From NCBI GenBank assembly GCA_964057225.1, contig OZ059897.1, positions 17,112,001-17,176,000 on the forward strand: 64,000 bases of DNA, read 5' to 3'. The notes under the pieces are model-generated. The model saw only the letters and a program-made list of their open reading frames with translations. It was not told the DNA's origin and did not search any database. This DNA comes from Auanema rhodensis. Taxonomy: Eukaryota > Animalia > Nematoda. Shown here piece by piece: positions 12,065-25,452 of the stretch (within the stretch, counting starts at the first letter, position 1; every line of letters begins with the position of its first letter). A program made the position numbers and the translations under genes.

Positions 12065-15000
12065 GATAGATATATATATATTCTTGTTATTCTTTATCCA
12101 TATTGTTTTCAACAAACATTTAAAAAGAATCGTTTGTGCATATGACCCGTTTTGTAGTATGCTTTAAAATATGTTTTAAAAACTTAAGAAAACAAAATTA
12201 TACACTTTTGTTTTTATCATTAGTCGCTCTGAATGCATATTCTTGTAAATATTTGTAAAAATACATTTTGAAGTCGGGATATAAGCAAAGCAATGTAATA
12301 AAATAATTTTAATCTAATCACTTTTTCTAGAACTCATTCCGTGGTGACGAAGTCGATCAACTCGTTATCCAAATGGCAAACCAACTTCGTGGAAATGAAC
12401 ATTCTCACCCTAGTCAGGGCACGTCTTTCAGCCCATCCATGACGAACAAGGCATCCTCTACAATGTCAACGACACGAACAAATGTCATGCAACGATCGAG
12501 TGAGTCTTTGTTTATTTTGGTAATAATAGCAAGATTTGAGCGCTTACACATATTGGAAAACAGTAAATTTTGCGAGAATGTTAGCTTCTTTCGTTCTTCC
12601 GTCTCTCTTATGTATAATGCTCTAAAATACACTTCCAAAAAATCATAGATTTTACACTTTCTTGTATTTAAATGTAGAAGCTCTTGAAAATGAATGTTGA
12701 ACATTGAAGAAAAACTTTAAAGCCTTCTTGCTTTCACCCCATTTAGCTGTCCATGCTCTTCATTTAGAATTCATTGTCAGACAACGACACAATCATCATC
12801 TTTTTGTTCGTTTCTTCAGTTTCAGCTTCATCATTTTAGCATCGACTACTAACATTCGCCACTGTCATTATTTCTTTCTTCGTTCTCGTCTCTCTTAATC
12901 ATTACTCTTTCTTCCTCTTTTTGACCCAGCTGCTCTTTTTCAATATCTAATCATGCCGTCTATTCAACATATAAAAAAAGGAGATATCGTTTCAAGATGT
13001 AAGCATCAACAGTAAACACTCGCAAAATTATGTATTAGCACTATGAGGAATTCAGATACATTTTTCAATAATGAATAGATATTTTCCATTTTAAGGAATT
13101 ATTTTAGTTCTGAAAAATCATTCTTTCGCAATCCTTTATACAAATGTTTCTTATTAGGTAAGAAAAAAATATCATGTATCAATAAAGTGAGGATGAAATG
13201 CTGAAAATTCCAACTGAAGTTTATAAAAAATTGGAAAAGTCAAATAATTTTATTTTCCAATTTTTAATTTTCTGGATATTTTGTAAATACCACTTTGCAC
13301 TAAAGTTGAAATTCTATTCGAAAATCAAATGAAAGCTGGCCTGTTTCGAAATGTCTAATTCTGGAAAACAAATGGTTCTAAAAGATATGTTGATATACTA
13401 AAATTTCGAATCAACAAAAAAAGAATTATCACGAAGCAGATAAATATAAGTACCGCCCATTCTGATTCTTCAAGTTTGCCTCCTTCCTCCCCCTCCCTCG
13501 TTCTTTTTCACGTCTGCTTAGTCTCCGCCCAACATTTGTGTTGTGTAGAGAAACGCGCTCTTGCTTCTTGCTCTGCTTCTAGAAGGTCAAGCTATTCAAG
13601 CTTTCAACAAACAGTTATTTAGTCTAAGTCATACTTATTGGACAAATAATTCAACTCGTTATATTTCTTTCTATCAACATAAATTGCAATGGCTGATAAA
13701 GAAGGTATCGCGTATGAGTCTTCTATCTCTTCAGTGTAAAAAACACATCTTTAAATGTTGACACAAGTTGATCTAGTTTGTTTCACTTTGCTTTTCTTAG
13801 TGTATACTTATTATCTTTTCTACTTTTTTTATTCAAGTGATGTTATACACTAAACGTAAAAAATTAGCTTAAAACACAAATTGGGATTAACAGTGTTTCT
13901 AATTACTGTTCGATATGCCTTTTTAAAACTTACTTTTTGATTTTACAGATATATGTGTGGCATGTAATAGTGCGATTACTTTCGAAAAGCCGGGATGTGT
14001 TGCCCTTGATCAGGTTTGAATTTCGAATTTTCATCTCAAGTACAGCTTTAAACTTGTAAACCAATACATAAGCAAAATAATATTTGAATATAGTTAAACT
14101 TTTTTGTTAAAAGTATATTGATTTCACTTTGTTGTTCTAGCTGCTTTTGCTTCTTCAACTATCGACAGTTGTTCAAAATTGTTCTCGTTGTGTCATTTTT
14201 TCTCTTCTCTCATTTCATGTGTTTTGCTGACTACTGTTTCAGTCCTTTTCTACTCAAGAAGATCAGAAAAGTTGGAAAATAGAAGGAAATTATTAATGAA
14301 AAACGCATTCCTTTCTTTTTCTGAACGTTTTAAAAACTTTACATTTTTCTCACATCTTTCAGGTATTTCATGTGAGCTGTTTCAACTGTAACAAATGTGG
14401 GCGTATTCTCGCTGGCAGTTCCTTTTACAATATTGAAAACAATCCAACTTGTGAAAGTTGTTATACGGTAAGAAAATTATAACTAATTCAAACTCGAATA
14501 TTATGTTATTTCATTATTCTGCAATATATATCACCCTAATCCAATCTCAACTGAAATTTGTTAGGAAACATACTTAATAACAAATGACAGTTCCCAATGG
14601 CCCTTTCTTGAACAAAATTTGCTTAGTTCTGGTCTTTTCAAAAAAATCATTCAATGAAAAAATGTAATGATATCAGAAAAATTGAATTATATATCTGACC
14701 CTTAAGCAAGAACAGCTGTTGTGATTGACTCGACAAAATAATCAGTCTAGTAGAACGACTGGAAAACACCACGCACACACATATATACAAACTTAATAGC
14801 TTCAAAATCATTATTATTCTGTCAGAAAATTGTTGATGGCATGCTTGCAGAAGTTTTAAATTTTCGATCTGTAAAAGAAAATCTTAGCCCCCTCATGAAA
14901 CGGCTTAAAATTTCACGATGGTGTCACTTCATAATATTTTGCTGCTGTTTTAGAACTTATTCGAAATAAAGAGCATAAAGGAAAGGTCCCTTGAGAAAAC

Positions 15001-15844
15001 ACATGAAATATCACAATAAAACAGGAGCAAAAATCTTTCCATGCTTTTTTCTAATATTTAGACACACAGCAATCAGTCTGCATAGAGATCTTTTGATGAT
15101 TAGGGAATGACGGCCTCTCCACTCTTTTGAGCATTCATATTAAATTGTTTCTACTTTTCATGCTGAGTGGTGTTTCTAACTTATCTGTTTACATTTCAGG
15201 AATCTTTGGACAAATGCATGAAATGTGAGAAACCTATCTCAGACAAGGTCTAACTCGGCCTAGAAACTCTTTAACAACATTTCATTCCAGTTATTGCGTG
15301 CTTGCGGTGGTACTTTTCATGTGGAATGCTTCACTTGTACAGTATGCAACACAGCTCTTGACGGTGTACCTTTCACAGTTGATTCTGATAATAATGTGCA
15401 TTGTGTTCCATGCTTTCATGAGTGAGTTCGGCAAAGCGGTTTTGAATATCTAAATTGCAAGCGATCTTGTTTGATTTATATTAATCTAAATATATTTCAT
15501 ATAAATGTAATACGTTTTAGGTAACAGTATATTTTTGTATGTTTAGAAAGTTTGCTCCTCGATGCGCAGTATGTCAACGTGGAATTATTCCGGTTGAAGG
15601 AGAAAAAGAAAGTGTTCGTGTTGTAGCTATGGACAAGTCTTTCCATGTTGACTGTTATCGCTGTGAAGATTGTGGGTTGCAACTATCCAGTAAGGTAAAT
15701 CCAGAATACAACATTTGCATCAGCAGAAAAAATTAAGTAATACTTCAATTTTAGATTGAGGGACAAGGATGTTATCCATTGGATTCACATCTTTACTGTA
15801 AAACCTGTAACTCAAATCGATTACGCGTTTTGGCAAATGCATGA
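9830..15844 (+). CDS. zyx-1: Zyxin, long isoform (Pro-rich N-terminus + 3 LIM domains)
   Basis: MGPPPPPPPPP start, ALQHAAARLRKTGY, GDIKNLSDGRLDR and GDEVDQLV match C. elegans ZYX-1 as I know it. LIM domains include ICVACNS...FHVSCFNCNKC and KFAPRCAVCQRGIIPVEGEKESVRVVAMDKSFHVDCYRCEDCG. TGA at 15842-15844. Confidence 0.95.
12029..12081. repeat. (TA)n microsatellite, imperfect
   Basis: TA dinucleotide run inside a zyxin intron. Confidence 0.9.
13689..15844 (+). CDS. zyx-1: Zyxin short LIM-only isoform from an internal alternative first exon (MADKE...)
   Basis: ATGGCTGATAAAGAAG|gtatcg at 13689-13704 splices in phase to the first LIM exon at 13949; equivalent to the C. elegans short isoform (zyx-1b). 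Confidence 0.7.
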
Positions 15845-16206
15845 AGTCTCAGTGATTATTACACTTCGCATTTCATTTTCAAATTATTACAAGTGTTTTA
15901 ATACAAATTAAACGTGGAAGAGTATCTTGTAGTATCTCAAACGCATTATAATAAAGTAATTCGCTTCGATCTTTGCTGTCTTATTTAAGCTTGCTCCCAA
16001 TGCTTCCCAGGAGAAATAAAATCAAAGAAACACGACAGCATGATTGAATGTTTAGAAAACTTCTAAAAAGGCATATAAGTAAAGTAGAATCATTACGCAA
16101 TACTTTGAAAATAAGAACTGATAAAAAATAGTATAATTTCATTCAAACTTAACAAAGTGTACGCACACAACATATATACAAATAATGCGAATCAGAAACA
16201 TTTCAT

Positions 16207-18296
16207 CTACGGAATTGTTTTTTCTTCTTCATTTTTCCAGCCTAAATTGTTCATGTACGTTAAAAACGACTGCACAGCTTCAACAGAAGTACTGGAGTGA
16301 CCAGATTGCTTAACTTCATTCAAGAAAACACTGCGAACAATCTTCTGAAATAAATTGAGTTCAAAAAATGAACAAAACGATTAAATACATCTCGAATACT
16401 GAGCTGCCATATACAGGATGAATACAAAGCTTCTGCTAATGTAATTATCGCAGAAAATGTCACTTGCTCATAGCCATGTGATAAGAAACTCAAAATTAAG
16501 AAAATAAATTAACACAAAAGTGGAGTTACCAAAATGAAAGACTGGCAAGCCGGGAAAGAATTGATTTTAAGTTGCTAGAATGAACGGTTGCGTTATTAAT
16601 TCTAAAATAATGATAAATTCGAAAAATTTAGAATATCTTAAATTACTCTTCTAAGGCCACTTCAACAGCCAATTTGAAAATGAACAAGAACTTTTCAGTT
16701 TCAGAAGGGAATATAAAAGGGTCTCGATGCAATTCAGACCGGCGCCGTTTCAAGTTAGTATTTGTTCTAAAATAACTGAGATAAGAAGTAATAAAAAATG
16801 AATATACTCTGGTTCTTGAACTTCTGTCACAATTGTCCTTAGAGTATTTGCATGATCCTTTTTTTTTATACATGAAAAATCCATCTTTTTGTGTATTTTC
16901 CCCGTTTCCATTTGACATTCCTGCAACACACAGTTATTATGATATAACGAACCAAATGGGGACGAAAAAGCTAAATAATAATTCGTTGAAAAGGAAACCG
17001 TTCGTTTTCTTGTTTTATAAGTAGCTTTTATCATATATTGTCACACTATATATTTATAAAACTATACCACCGAGAGTGATTTTGATTGTATTGTGCTACT
17101 TTTCGGAATAAATTCGATGAATTCCTGGAAAACTGTTCTGCTCATTAACAACTCTGTTTTATTTTTTACATCGGCTGACGCAGTATTCAGTGCATGGGCT
17201 AAACCTTTGGATTTCAAATTGCGATCTTCCGATATTAGAAAAACATTATCAGTTTCCCCGCCACTTTCTTCAACTAAAAAAATATATTTTAGTAGTTCTC
17301 GGATCATTATATTACCTTGCTTGTAAAGAGATAAAGCAGTTTTTAAAATTCGTTCGTCATTAACAGTAGCACAGAATTTGATTTTTTCTCCATTGTAGGC
17401 ATTTATAAATAAAGTTGCTTGAGCCTAACAGAAATAAATAGTATGATAAAAATTACATCAACACATACATCTATTGAATTCTCAAAAACTAAACTATGTG
17501 GAAACTGTGAAGCTAATTTGTTCAATTCTATATTGGCAAAAATTGCTCTCTGGAAAGTTAAAAAAAAATTTCAAATAACATTAGTTAGAACCTTTCTCAG
17601 ACTACCCTTAGATTTCGTTAAACCATCCAATTCCCTTAAAACTAGGTAAGGTATAATGACCGCTACAGAATCTAAAATAAGTTTTGAAAACACTTTTGAG
17701 CAGCGAACGGTAAAAGAAGAACTAACTTTGTAAACTTTTTACTACAACATCAAATGATTGAATTAGTGAGCTGGTGTCAAACACTGCTAATGCAACAAAC
17801 TGCACATTACTTATGTTTGATAAAGCATTCGACAACTCATTCAGAGCGATTATTGAAGTCTACAAAAATAATATTAATTAAATATGCATAGATTGAACCT
17901 TGTCGTCATCGCTCATCACAGTTTCCCGAAAATTTATCAACTCCCTACTGATATCAGATATATCCATAGGCTCATCATCACTGTATGGCTCGGCTGATGA
18001 TACTTCCAAATCAGCATTTTTAACACTGAATGTCTTTTAATCGAAGAAGTAATTCCGCTAAGAACAAACCAACTATTTTTAATAAAAGATAAACCAGCGT
18101 TCTCACCAACATAAATAGATCGATCAATTTGAGAAGCCCAACTATATTTGTTAAAAAAATCCTCAGCCCATAAAGATAGCCCGTTTTCACAGTTTAGAAA
18201 AAAAATACGATTTTTCCTTTTAGTGTGAACAAATGAACGCCATGGAGACCTCAGCCATAATAGGCTAATCTCATACTTAACATCATTTTGCGACAT
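16207..18296 (-). CDS. PIN-domain endoribonuclease, SWT1/SMG6-type PIN; architecture favours SWT1-like
   Basis: Spliced minus-strand exons give ALAVFDTSSLI, VAVIIPYLVLRELDGLTK, NDERILKTAL and VFLISEDRNLKSKG (all four acidic PIN positions), followed by a C-terminal region. TTTAG lies 4 nt before the ATG; stop at 16207-16209. 5' exon structure is uncertain. Confidence 0.8.
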
Positions 18297-18579
18297 ATGT
18301 CTAAAGCTTCAAAGTTTGCATAATCCAATAAGTGTCTAGAACCAATAGATCATAAAACATTACGAAGAAGCGTAATGCCCTACACTGTCGTATATATTCA
18401 TTGACGTCAAACAAGCTTCGGGTCATGATAAACTATTAGCGCATATAATAGATCATGTTGATTTCACAAATTATAATATTAGCTTTCATAGTGATTTGTA
18501 AGCCAGAAAAATATTTTAAGCTGACAATAATTTAATGAATATTACAGCTGCTTTAAATAGTTTTATTTACATTGATTAT

Positions 18580-21421
18580 TCAACAAATTCTACGAAGACC
18601 GGACCACCGAGCTTTCAGCCTATTAAAGAAATGCTCTAAACGATTCATCTTCTTCCGTGTTCCAAAGCTAAAAAAATAGTAACGTAAATACTACCGAAAC
18701 TAAAAAAAAAGGTGAATACGCACCTCAAAGGTATTTCAGTAATGCATAAGTCTCGTAATTCGTCCCAAGTAGAGTGCTGTAATACTTCTCCATTAATTTC
18801 TTCAACTCTTAAGCGGGCTGCGATGTTTGCATCGTTGGTGGCTTCATAAACCATTTCATACATATCATCAACCTAAAAACATATATATATATATCACATA
18901 TGATCGTAGTACCGATATTAGCCGTGGTCCTTTATCAGTTAATGGCAAATCTATCTCTTCAAATCTAAATTAACACTGACGTCTAATATACTGTTTTTGC
19001 TTATACCTGTTACAAATTTTCCATTCTTCACAAAGTTTCTCTAATGCCAATTCTATTCTCCGAGCAGTGCCAAACCTGAAATCAATTTTAAAACAAGTAA
19101 ACAATATCCTTATACTTCAGATTAAACGGAGCATCTCTTAAATCCTTCAGTGACAATGAAAGCAATAATAAGCAATCCACATCTTCAATCTGTAAACTGT
19201 TCGCCACATCGTTAGATCCTGTCACCTTAATGACCCATTGGCAAGTATCTGCTACCTTAAACCAAGGCGAAATTTTTTCACAATATAAACTTAATTCTAT
19301 ACCGTCCAGTTATATGGATGCACATTCTGCAAATGCTCGGGAGGCCGCTCAAGGTTGTCATTATCCTCATCTTTTTTCTCTTCCTCGAAATTTTGCCTAC
19401 ACTCCGAAGTACCAATCTTAATATATGAAGAAATTACTGAACTTGTTTTAAATTTTTTTTAGAACTTTATTCTTCGGATTAACGTCAGTTTGGTCATTCT
19501 TCAAGGGGCTAGATGTTTGTTCGGATTCTTCATGTTCGCTTTGCAAATTAGAGAGTTGTGAGCTACGCCTTTTGCTATCAGATAATATTCTTTCGCCAGA
19601 TTTGGGACCAAAATCCATACTGAGAAGCTGACTCAGCTCATTTCGTCGACTACGTCGTCTTTTCTCTTCATTTGGCTTAAAATATGACTATCTCATCAAT
19701 TTACATCATATATGTACTTGGTTAGTGGATGAATTCGGTTGAGAGTCAATTTGTTCAAAGCTTTTTTGGGTTGATAATATTTGTTCCACAGACATTTCAC
19801 GGAGTTGTGAAATATCCCATGATGAAGACGAGGATTCAGTGGAATTATACTCAAATTGTATAGAATTGATAAAAAATAAGCAAACTGAAAAACCTGAAGT
19901 GTATCATCTTGTATATCATTTTCTTTCTCATTCAGCAATCCAATAGGCGCTGGTGTAAAACTATGTCTACCTCGAGTCGAGAATTTAGTAACTAGTTCAA
20001 TTTTGGAAGTATCATTAAAAACACTCTACAGAATTTAAAACTTTAGAAAACTATCAAAACAAATAAAACTAACTGTATCAAGTTCTTTAGACTTTTTAGA
20101 TTCCGCTTCACCTTTAAGCGAAATTGTAGAACACCAAAGAGGTGCATTGTTTTGAGCGTCGATAAGACGACGAAGGTCAGACCAAGTCCCTTTAGATTTA
20201 TTGTTATCTGCCGGAAAAGGATCGGCACTTTCCTTAAATAATATACATAAATAATGAATATATGTTAGATCAATACTTCTATAACACAGCCATTGATATT
20301 ATGCACAAAGATTCCTCGTTCATCAACAATTTTCTTAAACTGTTCGGCTTCTTTTCGAAAAGCGTCTAATATATTGAAACCGATTGTAGTCTCTTTATTT
20401 TCATCTACTTCTTCCTCGTCAGCTACTTAATAAAAATGCATAGCAAATCACATTTATATGTAACCAACCTCTATCCAACGCTGGTGGAAGTTCTTGAGAA
20501 TCATCTACTATCTCCAACTTGTCTCTAGTCTCTTCATGGTCCTTGTTGTCACGCTTCACAGAGCGAGCAGAAGCCTACAAAGAAAATAAGAACAACTTTT
20601 AGAATAGAAAGCACAAACGAGAGAAGATTGTATTAATGTTGTTGAGGGAGCTTGAACATAAGACATTTGATTCCCTATGATATAAATGATAAAGTACATA
20701 CAGAATTAGCCGAACTACCTGGAATCATATAAGGATGGCCCTGAATTTGAATCAAATTCATCGGTGCATGACCTAAGCAATAACTATTATTCATAATAAG
20801 ATAAATATAATTTTTTGAAGGAAAGTATAAAAACCTTGGGGAACAGTTACGTAACTATTTCCTTGTAAAACGTAAGGCGTGTGAAGAGGTATTAAACTAG
20901 TAGAAGAAGCAATTTCTTAAAAATTAAAGAAAACTAATTGACAACATAAACAAGAAACCTCGAGAGTTCATTAGAAACTGCATATTATTTGGCTAAAAGA
21001 ACACTGATAATGTACAACGATGATAAAAACTAGAAACCTGCCGGATCATTGGAACTGCAACAACATTTCTAAGAGGAGGTTGAGATGCACCTAAACGTTT
21101 TTCTTGTACCAGCCCCATATAACGAAAAAATACCTGTATTTGCTCTCATAGGACTTGCTCGTACCTGCTGTCCAGAAACCATTGAACTAGGAAAATTACT
21201 AATAATTTGCTAAAACTTCTAAATTTTTTATAATATTAAAGCAAAATAACCTGTCCGCATAATTGAGGAAAATGAACTCCGGCAATTAAGCCTGTTACAT
21301 TGTCAATAACCTGGAACGTTTAAGATATCTCTTGAAGTTTGTTTTCAAATCAATTAACCTGAGCACTATCAGAGGCACTCTTACCAATGTCTTTTCTATT
21401 CACATCATCTTCTTCGCCCAT
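18580..21421 (-). CDS. Tandem-SAM-domain protein, paralog A (Gln/Pro-rich N-terminus, two C-terminal SAM domains)
   Basis: MGEEDDVNRKDI start. SAM1 PYNWTVADTCQWVIKVTGSNDVANSLQIEDVDCLLLLSLSLKDLRDAPFNLKFGTARRI; SAM2 EEINGEVLQHSTWDELRDLC...FGTRKKM. Stop TGA 18580-18582. Confidence 0.78.
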
Positions 21422-24400
21422 TACACAGAAAAAAGAACGCTGCCTGAACTAAATATATAACTTTTATTCACTTAGAAGCTTTAAAAATCATAGTTAAAAA
21501 CTAGTTGAAGAACCATATCACAAATTATTGTAATTAGTATATTAGGATATAAAAAATATAAGATTTTATTGACTCGGAAGCTATGGAAGTATTTAATATT
21601 TTTCAACTATTATTTTTATACTGATTCTTTACTCTTAATTATAATTATAAATAATAGCTACATTTTGGTTAAAAAGTGTTCAAGAATTTTGAAAAAAAAC
21701 TTTATTCTTAAATACTGGTTACTTTATAATATAAATTATATATGATTTCAATTATATTTTAAGATACAAAATCCCTTATTTCATTCTAAGGAAAGAGACT
21801 CTAACTTAGCAATATTTTCTGTTACATTTTAAAATGAAAAAAAAAATAAAGAAACATTGGCACAACTGATGTGCTATGTTGTTTGGCAAGCGCATTTATG
21901 GAACATTATAACCAACTATTGCCCCATAGCATTTTTATATTAAATAACTAAAAAAAGGTAAGCCCAGAATAAAAATTATTCAGTGAAACAAAAAATTACT
22001 TGAATCAAGAATTTTTAAAGTAGCGTTTATAAAGCCGGTGATCACTCATTCTTACTGCGAGTCACATACGGTACCCCTGCTCGTAACTTATTCAAATTTC
22101 GCGGGCGTCTTGACCTACAGTTTTACATAATATTTTACCTCGAACATTAAGTCTACCATCTGATAAACGGGTGTGATTTTTGAACATCTCGTCATTCGTG
22201 GTCATAAAAAGTTAAATTCCATTTGTAGCCCTTGTCCTACTAATTACAATAATTTGTGATATGGTTCTTAAACTAGTTGTTAACTATGATTTTTAAAGCT
22301 TCTAAGTGAATAAAAACTTATATATTTAGTTCAGGCAGCGTTCTTTTTTCTGTGTAATGGGCGAAGAAGATGATGTGAATAGAAAAGACATTGGTAAGAG
22401 TGCCTCTGATAGTGCTCAGGTTAATTGATTTGAAAACAAACTTCAAGAGAGATCCCAAACGTTCCAGGTTATTGAGAATGTAACAGGCTTAATTGCCGGA
22501 GTTCATTTTCCTCAATTATGCGGACAGGTTATTTTGCTTTAATATTATATAAAATTTAGAAGTTTTAGCAAATTATTAGTAATTTTCCTAGTTCAATGGT
22601 TTCTGGACAGCAGGTACGAGCAAGTCCTATGAGAGCAAATACAGGTATTTTTTCGTTATATGGGGCTGGTACAAGAAAAACGTTTAGGTGCATCTCAACC
22701 TCCTCTTAGAAATGTTGTTGCAGTTCCAATGATCCGGCAGGTTTCTAGTTTTTATCATCGTTGTACATTATCAGTGTTCTTTTAGCCAAATAATATGCAG
22801 TTTCTAATGAACTCTCGAGGTTTCTTGTTTATGTTGTCAATTAGTTTTCTTTAATTTTTAAGAAATTGCTTCTTCTACTAGTTTAATACCTCTTCACACG
22901 CCTTACGTTTTACAAGGAAATAGTTACGTAACTGTTCCCCAAGGTTTTTATACTTTCCTTCAAAAAATTATATTTATCTTATTATGAATAATAGTTATTG
23001 CTTAGGTCATGCACCGATGAATTTGATTCAAATTCAGGGCCATCCTTATATGATTCCAGGTAGTTCGGCTAATTCTGTATGTACTTTATCATTTATATCA
23101 TAGGGAATCAAATGTCTTATGTTCAAGCTCCCTCAACAACATTAATACAATCTTCTCTCGTTTGTGCTTTCTCAAAAGTTGTTCTTATTTTCTTTGTAGG
23201 CTTCTGCTCGCTCTGTGAAGCGTGACAACAAGGACCATGAAGAGACTAGAGATAAGTTGGAGATAGTAGATGATTCTCAAGAACTTCCACCAGCGTTGGA
23301 TAGAGGTTGGTTACATATAAATGTGATTTGCTATGCATTTTTATTAAGTAGCTGACGAGGAAGAAGTAGATGAAAATAAAGAGACTACAATCGGTTTCAA
23401 TATATTAGACGCTTTTCGAAAAGAAGCCGAACAGTTTAAGAAAATTGTTGATGAACGAGGAATCTTTGTGCATAATATCAATGGCTGTGTTATAGAAGTA
23501 TTGATCTAACATATATTCATTATTTATGTATATTATTTAAGGAAAGTGCCGATCCTTTCCCATCTGCAACTGGAGTTTCCGCAGCTGTTTTAAACCAGAA
23601 TACCGATGAACAACGCGTGAAAGAAAAAAGTACTGACTTTTAAAAAATATGAATATTCATAGTGCTTTAGGTATTTCTGTGACTGTTACAAGGAAAGAGA
23701 AAATAACCAAGCTTCATGAGGGAATCATCCATTCTCCAAGACAAGTAAATCTTAACCAAAAAGTTATGTCATGTGGTGTACTTACCATATTTAGACTGAT
23801 GATAAAAGACGACGGAGTAGACGCAATGAGTTAACCCAGTTATTAAGTATGGACTTTGGGCCAAAGTCGGGTGACAGAATATTATCGGATAGTAAGCGAC
23901 GTAGCTTCCCTGTAAGCGTTATTATGTTGTTCAAGTAGTGTTTAACATTTATAGGAAAAGGAAGAAGTTCAAGAAAATTCGCTCAGTAGAAGACGAAATC
24001 CCAGAAGATCTTCGGAATATAGTACTCATGGTGATCTAACATCGGAAGAATCTGAGATTAGTTTTTCTGAAATGTCTACTAGGCCTCGACGCAATGGACG
24101 AAGCTCTGATTTGCAAGTTGATATTACAACAAATAGCCATAGGAATTCATCTTTCACTGTTATTAAAGATAGACAAGAAGGTTTGTAATTGTTTTGTTTT
24201 TCTATAAAGACTGAATATCTGTAGTATTTCGCCAACCTTGGATTGATCCATCTACGAATTTGATTTCAACAATTCCTCGTAAAAGACTAGCACCGTGCTC
24301 ATGTCCAAGGAAGGAACCTATTCCGTTCAGCATAACCACATGCCTCATTTGTTCGTGTAAGGTTTGTTGACATTTTAATTTCACTTTATATTGTAAAATA

Positions 24401-25285
24401 TAGGAATGCTTAACAAGGCTAGCTCCACAATATTGCACGGAAGCCTGTCGTGCGAAATATATTCGTTTACATAATTATGAAATTAGTACGTTCTTATACC
24501 ATGTCTTATGTCGTTTTTTTTTACTTTCTAGCGGATTTGTTTGAAAAAGAGTTTTTACTTGCACATATGAACGCTGGTACTAGCTCAGAAAAAGTTGCGG
24601 ATGAGGTGAAGTTAAACCACAATTTTTTCATTTTCTTTTTATAGGATATAAAATTAGATAGTTCAAGTACGGATGATTCTAAAATATTTGAAATTTTTAC
24701 GGAGTGTTTACAAGATGTGCATCCATATAACTGGACGGTATAGAATTAAGTTTATATTGTGAAAAAATTTCGCCTTGGTTTAAGGTAGCAGATACTTGCC
24801 AATGGGTCATTAAGGTGACAGGATCTAACGATGTGGCGAACAGTTTACAGATTGAAGATGTGGATTGCTTATTATTGCTTTCATTGTCACTGAAGGATTT
24901 AAGAGATGCTCCGTTTAATCTGAAGTATAAGGATATTGTTTACTTGTTTTAAAATTGATTTCAGGTTTGGCACTGCTCGGAGAATAGAATTGGCATTAGA
25001 GAAACTTTGTGAAGAATGGAAAATTTGTAACAGGTATAAGCAAAAACAGTATATTAGACGTCAGTGTTAATTTAGATTTGAAGAGATAGATTTGCCATTA
25101 ACTGATAAAGGACCACGGCTAATATCGGTACTACGATCATATGTGATATATATATATATATATGTTTTTAGGTTGATGATATGTATGAAATGGTTTATGA
25201 AGCCACCAACGATGCAAACATCGCAGCCCGCTTAAGAGTTGAAGAAATTAATGGAGAAGTATTACAGCACTCTACTTGGGACGAA
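18759..25285. repeat. Large inverted duplication with a ~700-bp unique spacer
   Basis: ~20216-21539 is the near-exact reverse complement of ~22238-23558, and ~18759-19325 of ~24716-25285, introns included. The middle segments are diverged. Spacer is 21540-22237. Confidence 0.95.
22091..22112 (-). promoter_or_regulatory. Candidate E2F/CDE-CHR (DREAM-type) element in the bidirectional spacer
   Basis: Minus strand reads CAAGACGCCCGCGAAATTTGAA: a GC-rich CGCGAAA element directly followed by the CHR consensus TTTGAA. Confidence 0.4.
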
Positions 25286-25452
25286 GTTGAAGGTTTATGC
25301 TTGGGAGAACAGCCGCTAAAGTACCTATTTAAATCTATTTTTTTAATAATTAGATTTGTATAAGGTTTGGAGCTCAGAAAAAAATGGAACGGTTAGAACG
25401 TTTCTTCAATAGACTTAAGTCTAGGTGGTCTGGTACGATGACAAGGACCTGA
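22357..25452 (+). CDS. Tandem-SAM-domain protein, paralog B, with an additional FCS/TRASH-like zinc finger
   Basis: Same N-terminus and SAM domains as paralog A, plus spliced CLICSCKECLTRLAPQYCTEACR (24341-24451). Stop TGA 25450-25452. Confidence 0.78.

Noticed and set aside
18759-25285. Inverted duplication as a pure assembly artefact or transposon terminal inverted repeats
   Set aside because: The arms contain spliced genes with diverged but homologous middles and distinct last exons, and no transposase is visible in the spacer.
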